A stretch of 63,268 bases of DNA, filler included, from Globobulimina sp. (Eukaryota): assembly GCA_003354225.1 (NCBI GenBank). It is 31 parts of 31 records of this genome, joined end to end, with 100 filler letters (N's around TTAATTAATTAA, not from the genome) between each part and the next. Parts side by side here need not be neighbours in the genome. Positions count along the whole stretch, not along the records: positions 10,227 to 12,171 come from PIVH01010331.1; positions 12,272 to 14,216 come from PIVH01010332.1; positions 14,317 to 16,261 come from PIVH01010333.1; positions 16,362 to 18,306 come from PIVH01010334.1; positions 18,407 to 20,350 come from PIVH01010335.1; positions 20,451 to 22,394 come from PIVH01010336.1; positions 22,495 to 24,438 come from PIVH01010337.1; 24 more parts are not named here. The stretch is one strand, 5' to 3'. Positions 11,801 through 24,538 of the stretch are shown here, piece after piece. Both the position numbers and the translations under genes were made by a program. Below the pieces are notes generated by a model, which was given only the letters and a program-made list of their open reading frames with translations, was not told the origin of the DNA and searched no databases. The stretch's first letter is position 1, and every line of letters begins with the position of its first letter.

Positions 11801-12170
11801 TCATAAACAGAAAAAATAAACAAACACACAAAACACAAATACAGGAAACGTTTTTGTATAATATTTACTATCATAATTATTTCCAGTGATTTGGCATGGA
11901 TTCCACGGGCAGCCATCTTCATTACAATTATTGCAATCACTGCAATCTCTGCCTACTGCAGTTCCATCATCGCATATTTTGGCATCAGCAGTACAGTCAC
12001 ACCATTCTGTGGCAGTTGTAGTAGCAGTTGGTGTTAGTGTTGCGTCTGAATTTGATTTTAATATATAACACATTTGTAAATATAATATAAAATACTGACA
12101 TACTTGAATGGACATCATAAATATCACCATTACATACAATATTATGAGTAACAGATGTTTTGACAATCGT
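11801..12170 (-). CDS. Cys-rich surface protein, C-terminal fragment, possibly GPI-anchored
   Basis: Thr-rich linker, CTADAKICDDGTAVGRDC...CPWNPC motif, hydrophobic C-terminus. Probable intron at about 12046-12103. Confidence 0.55.
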
Positions 12171-12271
12171 CNNNNNNNNNNNNNNNNNNNNNNNNNNNNN
12201 NNNNNNNNNNNNNNNTTAATTAATTAANNNNNNNNNNNNNNNNNNNNNNNNNNNNNNNNNNNNNNNNNNNN

Positions 12272-13985
12272 CCTTTTCATCCAACCAAAATACCCTCGGT
12301 GGCACATATTCTTTTGCCTTTTCCGCACACTCAACCTGCTTTCCTCCATAATATCCCATCAAGTTCAAAAATGAATAATTCCTCCCTTTATTCAGTATAT
12401 CATTCCCATCGATATCTAACCAGCCATCATCAGGATTGCTCGGATAAAACGTATACATTAATACAAGATTTAACAAATCCTTTGGTATTAAAATGTGTAT
12501 CTTTTCATCCAACAAAGTTTTCATAATTATTGGTATTAATTGTGAAGAAATCATAGCTGCAGTTTTATAGCAATGGATTGCTACACACACTTCAAACCAA
12601 TAAACGCCGTATTTAAATAAAAAATGAGTGTTTTTATCACAATCATAATTGTAGTCTAATAAATATTTAATAATTTTATGTTTAGCGCTTAAACGTTTGT
12701 CTCCAGCAACACTGGTTATTACCATCAAATCGTCAAAATTCGGCGAGATTTGATGCTGTAATAAAATTTTGATCATATCCAAATCCAATAAATGAGCCTG
12801 TAACGCAAATCCTAGAATGGATATTCTGGTTGGATGCTGCAGCCAGATTGGTCGAGGCAGCCCAAAATACGCAAATTGTTTGGGAAGCCATAATTGTTGA
12901 TGCAGTTTATCGTATTTTTTGTTTGCTTTTGCCATGGCATCAAACAGATATTTTAATATAGTTTTGCGTCGATATTGCACTGCAAATACAAAATGATGCG
13001 GCAACAATGACACTAAGTCGTTTTGTAATAAGTATTTAATAATTTGAATATCATATTTTTGATTGGTGGAATGATGCGGAACGATGCACAAATTTAAAAA
13101 ATCATAATCATTTTCGATTTCATTTTCGATGTGATATATTTCATATTTTTGGTGCGCAAAATCCTTTCTGTTGCTTGTTGTATATGCTCCAAAACAACAT
13201 CTTTTTTTGCAACAATGCCAACATCGACAACTGCAATCTTTTATATTTTCATTATTTTCATTTAATATTTTATATTTTTGCAAATGTATCGATGTGAGAC
13301 ATTGCGTGAATAATTTTAAAGTTTGAATAATTTTATTACATTTGTCTTGGTGCTGAATGCGTGCTGTTAATAATAATTGAATCGGATTTTTACTTTCGGT
13401 GTGGCATAAATCACAAAATGAATAACAAGTTGATAATGATCGGAATACATATTGCATCGCATTTGGATCATTTACAAATATTTTATTATTCAGTATGTGA
13501 TTAATTTGTTTGTACTGCAATTTTTTAATACAACCATTTAATTTAAAACACAAATCTAAATATTTATATCTTTGTGAATGATACGGTAAAATTGCAGATA
13601 GCATTGGATTCTCTTTAATTAATACAAAATCATTATCGTCGTTACCACCAAAATATAACTGAGTGAAATCATTAATAATCATCATTCTGTAAAGTTGCAC
13701 CATCTCTTTCAATGAGAAATCTTCAAAACAAGAATTATGATGATCCAAATAATTCCATTTTTGCTGTTTCATTTTGATGGCCATAAATGATAGAATATTG
13801 TCATTGGTCTCATTAAAATATAATGTTGGTTTGGCATTGAATTTGCGAATCAAAGTATACCGATCATAAATGCCGTTTAATATTCCTGAAAATAATGCAT
13901 CGCGTTCGACGTATAAATCATTCCATTCGAAGCTTGGGTAATATGATTTTTTGTGTTGAAATACCATATAAAGGCTGTCACTCAT
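12272..13985 (-). CDS. Hypothetical protein with degenerate ankyrin-like helices, 3' partial
   Basis: Long ORF with IIKYLLQ, ILKYLFD and ILGFALQ...DMIKILLQH repeats. Confidence 0.55.
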
Positions 13986-14027
13986 TAGTCATTACACCAT
14001 TATAACTATACAAAACATTATTTTTTC

Positions 14028-14216
14028 ATGGGAAACTCAACAAATACTGCAAGTGCAAAACACGTAGATATCGTGTATTTGATGCCTGCACCACAGAGAG
14101 TGGATTATTTAGTGTCTGGTTATATGCGATTAGATTATACCAAATTATATGTACCACCAGAAATTATTGCAATATGTAGCAATTATACTGGCATTGATGA
14201 GTTGCATGATTATGAC
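14028..14216 (+). CDS. Hypothetical protein N-terminus with possible myristoylation site (MGNSTN)
   Basis: ATG-initiated, open to the contig end. LVSGYMR...VPPEIIAIC resembles an F-box-like N-terminal module. Confidence 0.5.
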
Positions 14217-14316
14217 NNNNNNNNNNNNNNNNNNNNNNNNNNNNNNNNNNNNNNNNNNNNTTAATTAATTAANNNNNNNNNNNNNNNNNNNNNNNNNNNN
14301 NNNNNNNNNNNNNNNN

Positions 14317-14907
14317 TTTGGCAGCAGATTTTGATAATTTCTCATATTTTTTCATTCCATAAACGCAATTCATAATTTGATTTAGATTTGTTTCCAAAAC
14401 CATGCCACCCATAACAATCTCATCCAATATATGATTAACTTCGTCATAATGGAATACAATATCCAATTCGCAGACATTTTCAAATCTTTGATCTAAGGCT
14501 TCAACAAACACTTGAATCAAATCTAAAATACCCAATTCTGACTCAGACTGATCCACTAAAAATATAAAAAATAATGTTGCATAATGTCTATAAATTAATT
14601 TTGAGTCAAAAAACTCGGCCAATTCACGATCTGCTTTTATTTTGCGTACAATTATTTCATCCTTTTCTTTTGTTTTACTGTCATCCGTCACCTCGATCAC
14701 CGATTGTTTCATTTCCACCTTCTCTCTGTATTTATTACCAAAGGATTTGTTCAATTCCACAAAATTGCAGACGGCATCGCTCCTTTTCGATACAATTGAA
14801 AATACATCTCGTACAATCTGTTGCTGTTTACGTTGATCAATACGAGTATAAAACCGTGCTAAACGTACTTTTCCGTGATTATTTACAATTAAGATTCCTT
14901 TGATCAT
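14317..14907 (-). CDS. AP3S: AP-3 adaptor complex sigma subunit
   Basis: MIKGILIVNNHGKVRLARFY, VSKRSDAVCNF, KLIYRHYATLFF, ESELGILDLIQVFVE, EIVMGGMVLETN. Confidence 0.93.
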
Positions 14908-15057
14908 GATATACGTAAAAAAAAAACCTACTTAAATATCCTTATAAATTTGCTCAAAAAACTGTGCTTTGCTGCACATGTCACCGTAACTGCACTCCCA
15001 CCACAAAGCAAGCAAGCAAAAGCACTGAGACTCTGAACCAAATTAAATCTATCATCT

Positions 15058-16261
15058 ATGGACAGTAAGGATGAGAAACTAGACGACTTTGATGAGCAAA
15101 AAGAAGGAAACTTATGGAGAGAATTTTTAAAATCAGCCGTCGAATCCGGCGGACGCGGTCTACAGAACATAGGACATTTGATAGTATTCGGCGCGCAAAA
15201 TGCGGGCAAATCCACATTAGTCTCTCAATTTGGCAAATTAGAATCGAAATTCACAGAAATGAAAAAATTCTTAATGATGCGGTACGCGTATTGCCATTTA
15301 ACTAGCTCTGAGAGCGAGGACTCTTACTCCTTATTAAATATATGGCAGATTGCGGAGCCATCGCACGCCGATGTTCTCGAAGTAGTGATACCCAAAGAAG
15401 ACATGCATAACTTGGCCTATTTGATCTGTTTGGATTTGAGTAAGCCATCGAGTGTCGAGGACCAATATAATAAGTGGATGGACACTGTGACGGGCATACA
15501 AACGAAATTGATCTCGCGCTCTTCGGCCCTCATTCAGGAAGAGCTCAAAGTGAAAATCTATAAACATGTACAGTTTTATGTTAACCCCAAGGACGATACG
15601 GAGCATTTACCCGAAGACGAGAAGGTATGTACTATGCTCTATGCATCAGTGCTTTGCGCTAATTCGCAAGTTGCAACCCACCCAAATTAAATCGAAATTA
15701 ATCGAATTTAAACAGAAAGAGTTGGATATTCAGAGATCGTCGCCAGAGATCAACATAGGAGCGCCAGTGATTGTGGTGTTGACCAAATGTGACATATTTC
15801 GCTCGTTATTCCAGGCGGAGGCCGACGCCGAGGATCATTTCGAGATTATGTGTTCGTACATTCGTTGGTGGAATATCATGGCCGGCGCCGCCTCTTTTAG
15901 TATGAGTAAGGGCTTAAAGGACCAGGCCCGGCGCATATTGTCGTATGTCGATCATAGAGTATTTAACTCCAAATTCGATCGGGGACCCAATGCAGTGGTT
16001 AAATTGTCCAATTTGAATGAAAGGTTTTTGTTCATTCCATCTGGATTTGACTCGAAGGAAACCATCAAAGCACAAAACCCGACGAGAAATCTACAGGAAA
16101 CGCCATTTAATGATTTCTTTACAAAGGATGATGAAAAAAAGAAGGTATTGTACTGTATATAGCGATTTTGCGCGATTTGCGGGATTTAAATGTGTGAATT
16201 TCAATACATAGCATCATGCGATGAAACCTAAGAAACAATCGGATGAAAATGAAAAGTTTTT
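15058..16261 (+). CDS. DYNC1LI: Cytoplasmic dynein 1 light intermediate chain, 3' partial
   Basis: GNLWREFL, P-loop-like GAQNAGKST, CLDLSKP, NIGAPVIVVLTKCD, LFIPSGFDS. Introns 15625-15715 and 16145-16211 keep the frame. Confidence 0.88.
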
Positions 16262-16579
16262 NNNNNNNNNNNNNNNNNNNNNNNNNNNNNNNNNNNNNNN
16301 NNNNNTTAATTAATTAANNNNNNNNNNNNNNNNNNNNNNNNNNNNNNNNNNNNNNNNNNNNATGTAAGGCCAATCACAAAAGAAGTGTTTAGAAGTTTAA
16401 GCCTAAAAAGTCAAATGTGTTTCAAACAGGTTCTATTCTAAAGTAAATCCACAATTGAGTTTGGCGGATTGTTGAGAAAAAACAGTTTTTTGCAGTATAA
16501 ATCAAAGAAAAATTCAATTCTAAATAATACTCAATGGGCAAAACAAATAAAAGGATAGAAACACATATCCAAATATTAA

Positions 16580-17221
16580 TTAATTTCCATCATCAAGCAA
16601 TTTCCCAGCAATCACACATTGAATAAGTTGGATTTTCTTTTTTGAATACTTTGGTCCAGATAATACTGTCAAATTTAAAATTTGACCACCTTTTCTTTTA
16701 TTTATTAAATTGATCACTTTTCCATAAGCTTTTGCTTGTGGACTGATTCTGATCTCATAGGCTTTGCTTGTTTTATTATCTGCGCACTCTACAATTTGTT
16801 GTAACTCATCAACAAATTTTATAAACGTATATTCATATTTACTCATAACTGGTTTCAACAAATGATCATTGCCGGGATGCATTGGCGAGGATATTTTGCC
16901 GGTATGCGGCATTACCAATTTATACGTATATTTAGCATGGCCGTGTTTTCCTGTTTTACTCATTTTTAAACGTGTTACAATTCCTGGAAAGCCAGATTTA
17001 TCGTCGACACACCACATTCCATTTTTTAAATCATGCGCTTGCATTGGTTCCAGTAAATATGATAAATCTTTTTCTTGTTCTTCAACAATTTCATTGTTCT
17101 CCACTGGTTCGCGTTTCTTCTCTTCTTCGATGGGTTTCTTTATAATCTTCTTTGCTTTCTTGTGCTTGTTCTTCTTCTTTTTCTTTTTTAATAACTTACT
17201 TTTTGCGCTGATTTTGGGCAT
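16580..17221 (-). CDS. Divergent eIF5A-like protein with Lys-rich N-terminal extension
   Basis: Intact hypusine motif SKTGKHGHAK (16931-16960), preceded by PMQAHDLKNG and followed by HTGK. Confidence 0.82.
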   Translation of the reverse strand: MPKISAKSKLLKKKKKKNKHKKAKKIIKKPIEEEKKREPVENNEIVEEQEKDLSYLLEPMQAHDLKNGMWCVDDKSGFPGIVTRLKMSKTGKHGHAKYTYKLVMPHTGKISSPMHPGNDHLLKPVMSKYEYTFIKFVDELQQIVECADNKTSKAYEIRISPQAKAYGKVINLINKRKGGQILNLTVLSGPKYSKKKIQLIQCVIAGKLLDDGN

Positions 17222-17362
17222 TTTGTTTGTTTATTATTTGTATGAATGAAGGGAAAATGTTTTGAAAATAAACTACTGTACTTCACTGGAAAAAACTCAA
17301 AAATCAAAAGAGTAGTTGTGACATCCTGCCGTCATCAGACTAGAAAGTAACTTGTAAACAAT

Positions 17363-18306
17363 ATGGTTGTGGCTGTTGGCGTGATTGTGGGATCAATTTG
17401 GTTTGTGGTGAATACTACGATTTTATTGTCAATGGGAGTTTATGTGTTCAAAAAACATTCAAAATCAAAGAATTTCTTTCAAGATTTTGTGCGACAACGT
17501 AGAATATTTAGTTCCTTAATCATTCTTTTTTTGGATCAAGCCACTGATTTAGGTCTATATTATTCATTTCATATATTAATTATTTACATTGCATTCATGA
17601 CCAATTTACTATTTATACATAGGTGTATTGATAGGATGGTATTCTTTGATGAGAGACGAAACGACAGATAGTATCGACTATGAATCAGTAAATTTAATCT
17701 CATTTTTTTATCCGTTATTGGGATTTTTCATTCTTTATCAAATTATTATGATGTTCACAGCTTGCGACAGTGCGGCATTATATGATATCATATTGGTTAT
17801 ATTTCAAATCTATCCATTCAAAACAGCCTATATTTCACTGATGGAATCATACAAAATCATGGAGAAAAACGAAGGCATTAAAGGCAATATGGAGAACGAA
17901 TTGCAATCCGTGACTCAGAAAGAAGACGAAGAGAAAGCTGAAGAGGTAGATCTATCCAAAGAGACGCCATCCGGTGACAAAGATGATGGTAAAAATGAAG
18001 ATATCGGTCAATCAAAAGAGGAGATATTACCGGCAACGGAGCAAGATCGGATGTTATTAATTCAGTGTATATTGGAGACGATGCCAGGATTGGTATTACA
18101 GTCCGTATTTTGGGTTCGATCATTCAATGACGCAATTGAGAGATGAAAATCCATTTATTGTATTTAGTATTATTGCCAGTGTAATATCCGTAGCGTGGCG
18201 GTATGTCGCTATTGTTGACTTTGAATGTGTTACAGAGAAAGCAAAAGACCGTTGTTATAATCTGTGGTATGTGGTACGTATTTGTTATCGGATGGCGTCA
18301 ATTATT
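17363..18306 (+). CDS. Multi-pass membrane protein (XK-related-like), frameshifted near 18135
   Basis: Several TM segments, DQATDLG, ETMPGLVLQ. Intron 17553-17622. Frame changes between FNDA and LRDENPF. Confidence 0.55.
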
Positions 18307-20450
18307 NNNNNNNNNNNNNNNNNNNNNNNNNNNNNNNNNNNNNNNNNNNNTTAATTAATTAANNNNNNNNNNNNNNNNNNNNNNNNNNNNNNNNNNNNNN
18401 NNNNNNCATAAAGAAATCAATATTACCGCCAAAGCTCATCATCAAAAAACACTGACACATAAATACAGCCATAGCCAAACCGGTACCATATAAATCTGTG
18501 TATTGTAGCAATATTAAAGTCGTATATTATTACATTTTGTATTGTAGCAATAATAAAAAGTGACAGTATTTTAAGTTTCTCAGAAAGATGCGTTTCTGTC
18601 TTCATTTAAATAATCAGACCCCACGCTCAAATGGATCATCATAAAAGAAAAGAAAAAGCTATATTTACATTATATAAACATACCATAGAATCAAAATTAT
18701 CAAACATGCCATCAGATACCAGGCAATTCTGTATATTAACAGTTTAATATTACATAACATAAATATCATAATTTTGTTTGCGGAAAAATAAATAGAAAAA
18801 TGAATTAATATTTATATCGATCGATCAGAAAGACTCATCGCAGTGTTTATAACATCATTCACAACAAAATGTTCTGTGTCTTAAGTAGTCGGTGCAATGT
18901 TTTTCATCATTCTAAAATGCACATAAATAGATACTGTATCATACCATAAATACTTCAAATACCGCCAGCGACATAGAAAATAATTATTTTCCATCCATTA
19001 CTATCTGTACAAAACAAATGAAATAACAAATGCTGTTCAATCATCATCAATAGAATTATCACAAACCGTAACATTTTTTTAAGCGGAAAATTCAGGAAAT
19101 TTCTGTTGATATTCTTAAATTTATTCAAACCTATTCACAAAAGAAACAAATTACAATTTTACTTTTTAAAATAATAGGAAGCCATAAAAAAATTAAAATA
19201 AAAGTTCAGATTCAATACATTAAGCTTCATATCATTAATAAAAATGCTTTTATTTTTATCAAATCAAGTTGTTGCGATTAATTTGTATCATCACCGAAAT
19301 ATAAATCAAATAATATACAGACAAATACCTAAGCAATTCATTCCAATTCCATTTGAGCTGTCAAACAAACAAAATAAGAACATTAGTTTTCATCACATTG
19401 TAAACGTCAAAATATATAATATTAAATTGTACAAATATCAGAGACTCTAATCTGTTGAAATGGGTTCACATCATTTATCAAATCAGACTTTACAATGAAG
19501 AAAATTCAAAATTGATCATCATTTAAAACAATTAGAAATTTCATATCAATTCAATTACTAAACTTGTTTTTTATTTATTTTATTCATTTTAGTTTATAAA
19601 TGTACCCGTCTGCCGTCTCCAATATTACCTTTGTTAACAAACAAACAAAATTTGAGTCTAAATATGTCTCATTATAATTATAAAATGGATGACAATGCAA
19701 ATAAAATAAATGTCAGACTGACGTGCAAAATAAATGTCAATTACAGTTCATATGATATAGTATTTATCATTACAAATAGCGGAGTTTGTCATCATTCAAC
19801 AACAAATAAAATAAAATAAAAAACATACCCATCACCACATCCATATTTATTTTGTTATCGACGTTGCCCTAACAATAAAAACAATAATTATTATAATTAC
19901 AAACATTGGATGAATAAATAAATAAATGCAAAAATAAATTATGCTCAGATTTGTTAGTAGAGATTTTATAATTAATCATAAACTAATTACTGATTCAGAC
20001 TCGAAAGATGGTTTTTAAATGCTTTCTCATCAATAAATGTACAATAATTAGTCAGCTAAACCTATTTATTTATTTAATAAATAATATTATTAATACAAAA
20101 AGCATGAGGTAGCAAATAATAATTACATACTAAACTTATTGGTTCCAATGAAAGCAGTTGGAAATTTCCAGAATTATTTTACCGGCCAGTAATCAGTACA
20201 TTTGAATCACGTCTTAATTGATCATCTGAATTATGATATAAATACCATCGATCATTATAGAAGTATTAAACATAAATACGCTTACCATCATAGCAAAGAA
20301 AGGATGAAAGAAAGTTGTTGTTGTGTGTTTAGGAAAAACTCTGTCATAATNNNNNNNNNNNNNNNNNNNNNNNNNNNNNNNNNNNNNNNNNNNNTTAATT
20401 AATTAANNNNNNNNNNNNNNNNNNNNNNNNNNNNNNNNNNNNNNNNNNNN

Positions 20451-21419
20451 CATTTTTTATGTCAATTATTGAATTCCGCATCATTTGCAGTGAAAAGTAA
20501 AGAGTTATTTACAAAATGTAATATTAATAATTGTGTGAGGCAGATAATAAAATTAAAAGCAACTGCAATGTTGCAGATATTGTGTACTTTGGCAGTAGAA
20601 AATATATTTTATGACAAAGACAGACATTTACACGAAAAACTGCTGACAAATAAATGGAAATATGTGAGATTCCATACCTTATCGGTTGTGACCAGACCAG
20701 CTCATGGCAATAAATTAAGTTTCATCGATCATTGGGCGTTGAAGTTTGAAGGAGTTAAATGGTTATTAACTGTGGAATGGTTTGGTTCGGCTACATTTTT
20801 TGTTAAATTTGTGCTAATAATTGTTTGGTTCGGCTACATTTTTTTAAATAATTGTTTGGGTCAAAAGGTATTTTGGTTTTCGTGGACAAAAAAAAGCACT
20901 CAAACCTTTACGCAGCGATGGGGCACTTTGAAAAAAATAAATCTATCACACGGAATTACTGCAGAAAATATAAGCAAATTACTTAATAAATGGTTGGTGT
21001 TTGGTGCTGGCCAGGAATATAAATCAAAATATGACCAAATGAGAAATAATTGTCAACATTTTGTGAGAGATTTTGTGTGTTTTTTGAATAAAAAGATTGG
21101 TGAAGAGTTAACGAAGGAATTTCATCATCGGAGAGTTGAGAAAATTATGACTCCATTTGGTGCCTCGTCAGATGATTGCGACCAATATCCGCGAATGGAT
21201 AAAGTAAGAAAGTTGTTGGTGACTGGAAAGGAGTTGTTAACCGCATGGCAGATACCCGCAGTTGATGAGGTTTTGGAAAAATTGAGGGATGACGGATTTG
21301 AAGATCCTGCTGATTGGCAAGATATTTATCAAGATGACGACTATTTGATTAATCATATTGGACTGAAGAGGGTTCATTGCAATAAATTTAAAAGAAAATA
21401 CAAACAGTGGTTATTATAA
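20451..21419 (+). CDS. Permuted papain-like (PPPDE/LRAT-type) domain + C-terminal SAM-like domain
   Basis: HWALKF precedes YDQMRNNCQHF (His before Cys). The C-terminus LTAWQI...LRDDGFED...IGLKRVHCNKF is SAM-like. Confidence 0.6.
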   Translation, partial: HFLCQLLNSASFAVKSKELFTKCNINNCVRQIIKLKATAMLQILCTLAVENIFYDKDRHLHEKLLTNKWKYVRFHTLSVVTRPAHGNKLSFIDHWALKFEGVKWLLTVEWFGSATFFVKFVLIIVWFGYIFLNNCLGQKVFWFSWTKKSTQTFTQRWGTLKKINLSHGITAENISKLLNKWLVFGAGQEYKSKYDQMRNNCQHFVRDFVCFLNKKIGEELTKEFHHRRVEKIMTPFGASSDDCDQYPRMDKVRKLLVTGKELLTAWQIPAVDEVLEKLRDDGFEDPADWQDIYQDDDYLINHIGLKRVHCNKFKRKYKQWLL

Positions 21420-21632
21420 ATGAGTTGTGTGTCAATTGTATGTTATTTGCGACAATGTTTCCGTATGCTATTTGCAATTACTTTTACTAAAAACCACGGA
21501 TTATCAAACAACGCAAATGCTAACAATGCGGATACGGTCCAAATTCTAAGCTGTTTTTATGTGTTTTCTGGAGTAATTTAATTTACCCACAAAACTTTCT
21601 TCTCGCGATCACGTACTGAACTAGTCATCATA

Positions 21633-22394
21633 ATGAGTAAGATTTTACAAAACAAATTGTTAATCTTTCCTATTGCACTGATACTATTATTGGTATTACT
21701 AACATCTGATGTCGTTGACCGATATGACAGCACAACCGATCATATATCTTTAATTCAATTCGATTCTATATTAAATGCAAAACATGGACATGGTACGAAT
21801 ACTCATCAAAGCAACATCACAACGGACATTATATTGCAAAAACAAAATTGGAGCTTAATATATTACCAAAAACCTAGAAAAACAGGTGGGACCTCCTTTG
21901 CCCAACTCCTAAAAAACAATGGTCTGTATGACGGAACGCTGTCGGAAAGATGTTTTTGGCTGAAAAGACCCGAACCATTTACAATAATTAAGCCGCGATG
22001 CATAAGTACACATCATAAGGTATTTGCGAATGAATTTTGGCCATTCTTCGCATCCTCGTATTTAAAATATAAGCATGAATTATGGAGTGATGTGTTGTTA
22101 ATGACACTACTTCGCGATCCCATAGATCGCATATTTAGTGATATGTTATACCGCGGACACTGGCGATGCCACGACATCGATTACGAGCGTATACAAATTG
22201 ATTTGCAAATTGAAGACAAATTAATTGATTGTTTGTATCGAAACCATGCTAAATTTACACAAAATATATATTCAAAAACATTTAGCGGAGTGTGGCCGTA
22301 TGCCCTTGAAAGCTCTCTGGTGGCCAAACAAAATATAGATTTCCATCCAAATATGGTTATTGATGATCTGCAGTATGAAAGGGCTAAGTTAATC
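21633..22394 (+). CDS. Type II membrane sulfotransferase-like protein, 3' partial
   Basis: N-terminal TM anchor. PAPS-binding-like motifs QKPRKTGGTS and TLLRDPIDRIFS. Confidence 0.8.
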
Positions 22395-22495
22395 NNNNNN
22401 NNNNNNNNNNNNNNNNNNNNNNNNNNNNNNNNNNNNNNTTAATTAATTAANNNNNNNNNNNNNNNNNNNNNNNNNNNNNNNNNNNNNNNNNNNNG

Positions 22496-23626
22496 AAAAA
22501 GAAACACGCAACGAAACCGGACCAGGACGGCTCAGAGAATGCAAACTCTGCGGAGAATATGGCAAAAACAAAAATTGCCACATTGACTTTCTCAGCGGAG
22601 TCATTAAGATCACAATTAGTTGAACAACAACAAAATTACCAAAAACTGAAAGCAAACAATAACAAATCTTGCAAAGAATATATGCAAAAAATGGAATCGC
22701 AACAAGAAATAATATTGTTTCTAGAAAAATTGATACTTGATTTAAAGAGAAAATGCTCAAAATATGAAGAACAGCATAAAACAGACAAAGCATTATTTAA
22801 TAATTTGGAAATAGAAAAAGAAATTTTGATCCAAGAAACAGATAATAAACAGAAAGAAATCGTAAATTCATTGAATATAAAAATAAATGGTTATGAGGAT
22901 GAATTAAAAGATTTAATCGAATTTAAACAGCAAAAAATGACAATAGAAAAGGAATTGAGTTGTTATAAAAATATGTGATCCAAAGAACAAAAAGAAAGAG
23001 AAAACCGCGAAGCGTTTCTAGAACGACGATTTTTATCCGAACGAGAACGAGTAAAAAAAGAAATGTTAAACAAAATCCGTGAAACAAAATTAAGATTATT
23101 AACAATGACAGAAAATCAGTTACATACAACCACAAAAAGGACAATTATGGAAAATGAACAAATGACGATTGAGCTTCAATATCAATCGAAAGAAACACAA
23201 AAATTGATCAAAAAAACCGACGCAAAAAATAACAATTTAAAAAACCTTAAACGACAAATTGCGTTACATAAAACTACAGAAAATATGCTTGCGAAAAGAA
23301 CATATTTCCTGCAGAAATTAGTGGATCAGTTACATGCACAAATTAAGAGAATTGAACAAAACGAGAAAGAAAATAATTCAAATAATAATGATAAGGATAA
23401 TGAAAATAATAATATCAACAACAAAATGAAGATATTACTACAAGAAGCAGAGGAAAAAGGTGTTAGAAGATCTGAATTGAAAATTAAGAAATTAAAAAAT
23501 GAGAATAAAGTGCTGAATAAACGATTAATAGAAGCACAAAAAACTTTGGATCGGTTAAACCAACAAAATACAAATGATATAACCTCAATTTATAAGACAA
23601 ATTCTGAAAAATGTTTGTTAAAATAA
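22496..23626 (+). CDS. CFAP157: Cilia- and flagella-associated protein 157-like, with in-frame TGA at 22976-22978
   Basis: Coiled coil with KEMLNKIRETK...LHTTTKRTIMENEQMTIELQYQSKET...MLAKRT. The two listed ORFs are in the same frame, separated by one TGA. Confidence 0.75.
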
Positions 23627-23907
23627 TATTTGTAATGGAGATGACATTACCGAAAGAAATGATTAGTTTCGACGTGAACAGTCAACCGTTGATATTGAGT
23701 CATCAATGCTGATGATTTGGATAACATCACCTTTGTACAGTTTTCGATGAAAAAGTTTGCTAAAAACAAAAATGTCATCTTGCAGAATTTTGTTTATATC
23801 CACGGTAATGTGCAAGGATGTAGAATGAGATTGAAAACGAAAACTACAATGCAAAAAGACAGCGCCTACAAATAGACAATACAATATATTCTAAAAATAT
23901 GATGATG

Positions 23908-24438
23908 TTAAGCAGCTGAAGCAGCGCCACCGCCAACTTTTCTATATTCAGTAATTGATAATGTTAAGACAACTAAATTGGTGAACGATGCTATCACAGT
24001 GACCCAAAATGATGATCCAAATGAATTAAAATTTGATGCGATTGGAGATGCAATCAATAAAATCCAGGATAGCAATATGCACAACAATGAAAGAGCTAAT
24101 AATCCAATGCAAATTTTTCTCATTGGTTTTGAACATAATTTTCTACATTCAATACGCAATAAGAATAAAAATATGACAAATAATATTAATATTGATATGA
24201 TTCCCAAATAAAGCCATCCACCCTATATTTTATTTGTTTTTTTTTTATTTGCAAATAATATAAACAGTAACAAACCGATGCGGTTTTTATAGAATTACAT
24301 TCTGTTTGTGTAATATCTAAGTTTCCATTGCTTATCCTTTGACAAACACCGTCTTCTTGAAACTCATAATTTTGGATTAAAGTCGCTTCTTCAATGGTAC
24401 TATTGCGAAATGGTATATTTGTGACAGTTTGCGATTGA
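23908..24438 (-). CDS. Claudin/PMP22-like membrane protein, C-terminal fragment
   Basis: Three TM helices with FGSSFW before the last. Probable intron at about 24222-24276. Confidence 0.4.
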
Positions 24439-24538
24439 NNNNNNNNNNNNNNNNNNNNNNNNNNNNNNNNNNNNNNNNNNNNTTAATTAATTAANNNNNN
24501 NNNNNNNNNNNNNNNNNNNNNNNNNNNNNNNNNNNNNN

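Noticed and set aside
18407-20350. Coding or RNA gene in this contig
   Set aside because: Very AT-rich with only short unrecognisable ORFs. A many-exon or decayed gene cannot be excluded, but none is supportable.
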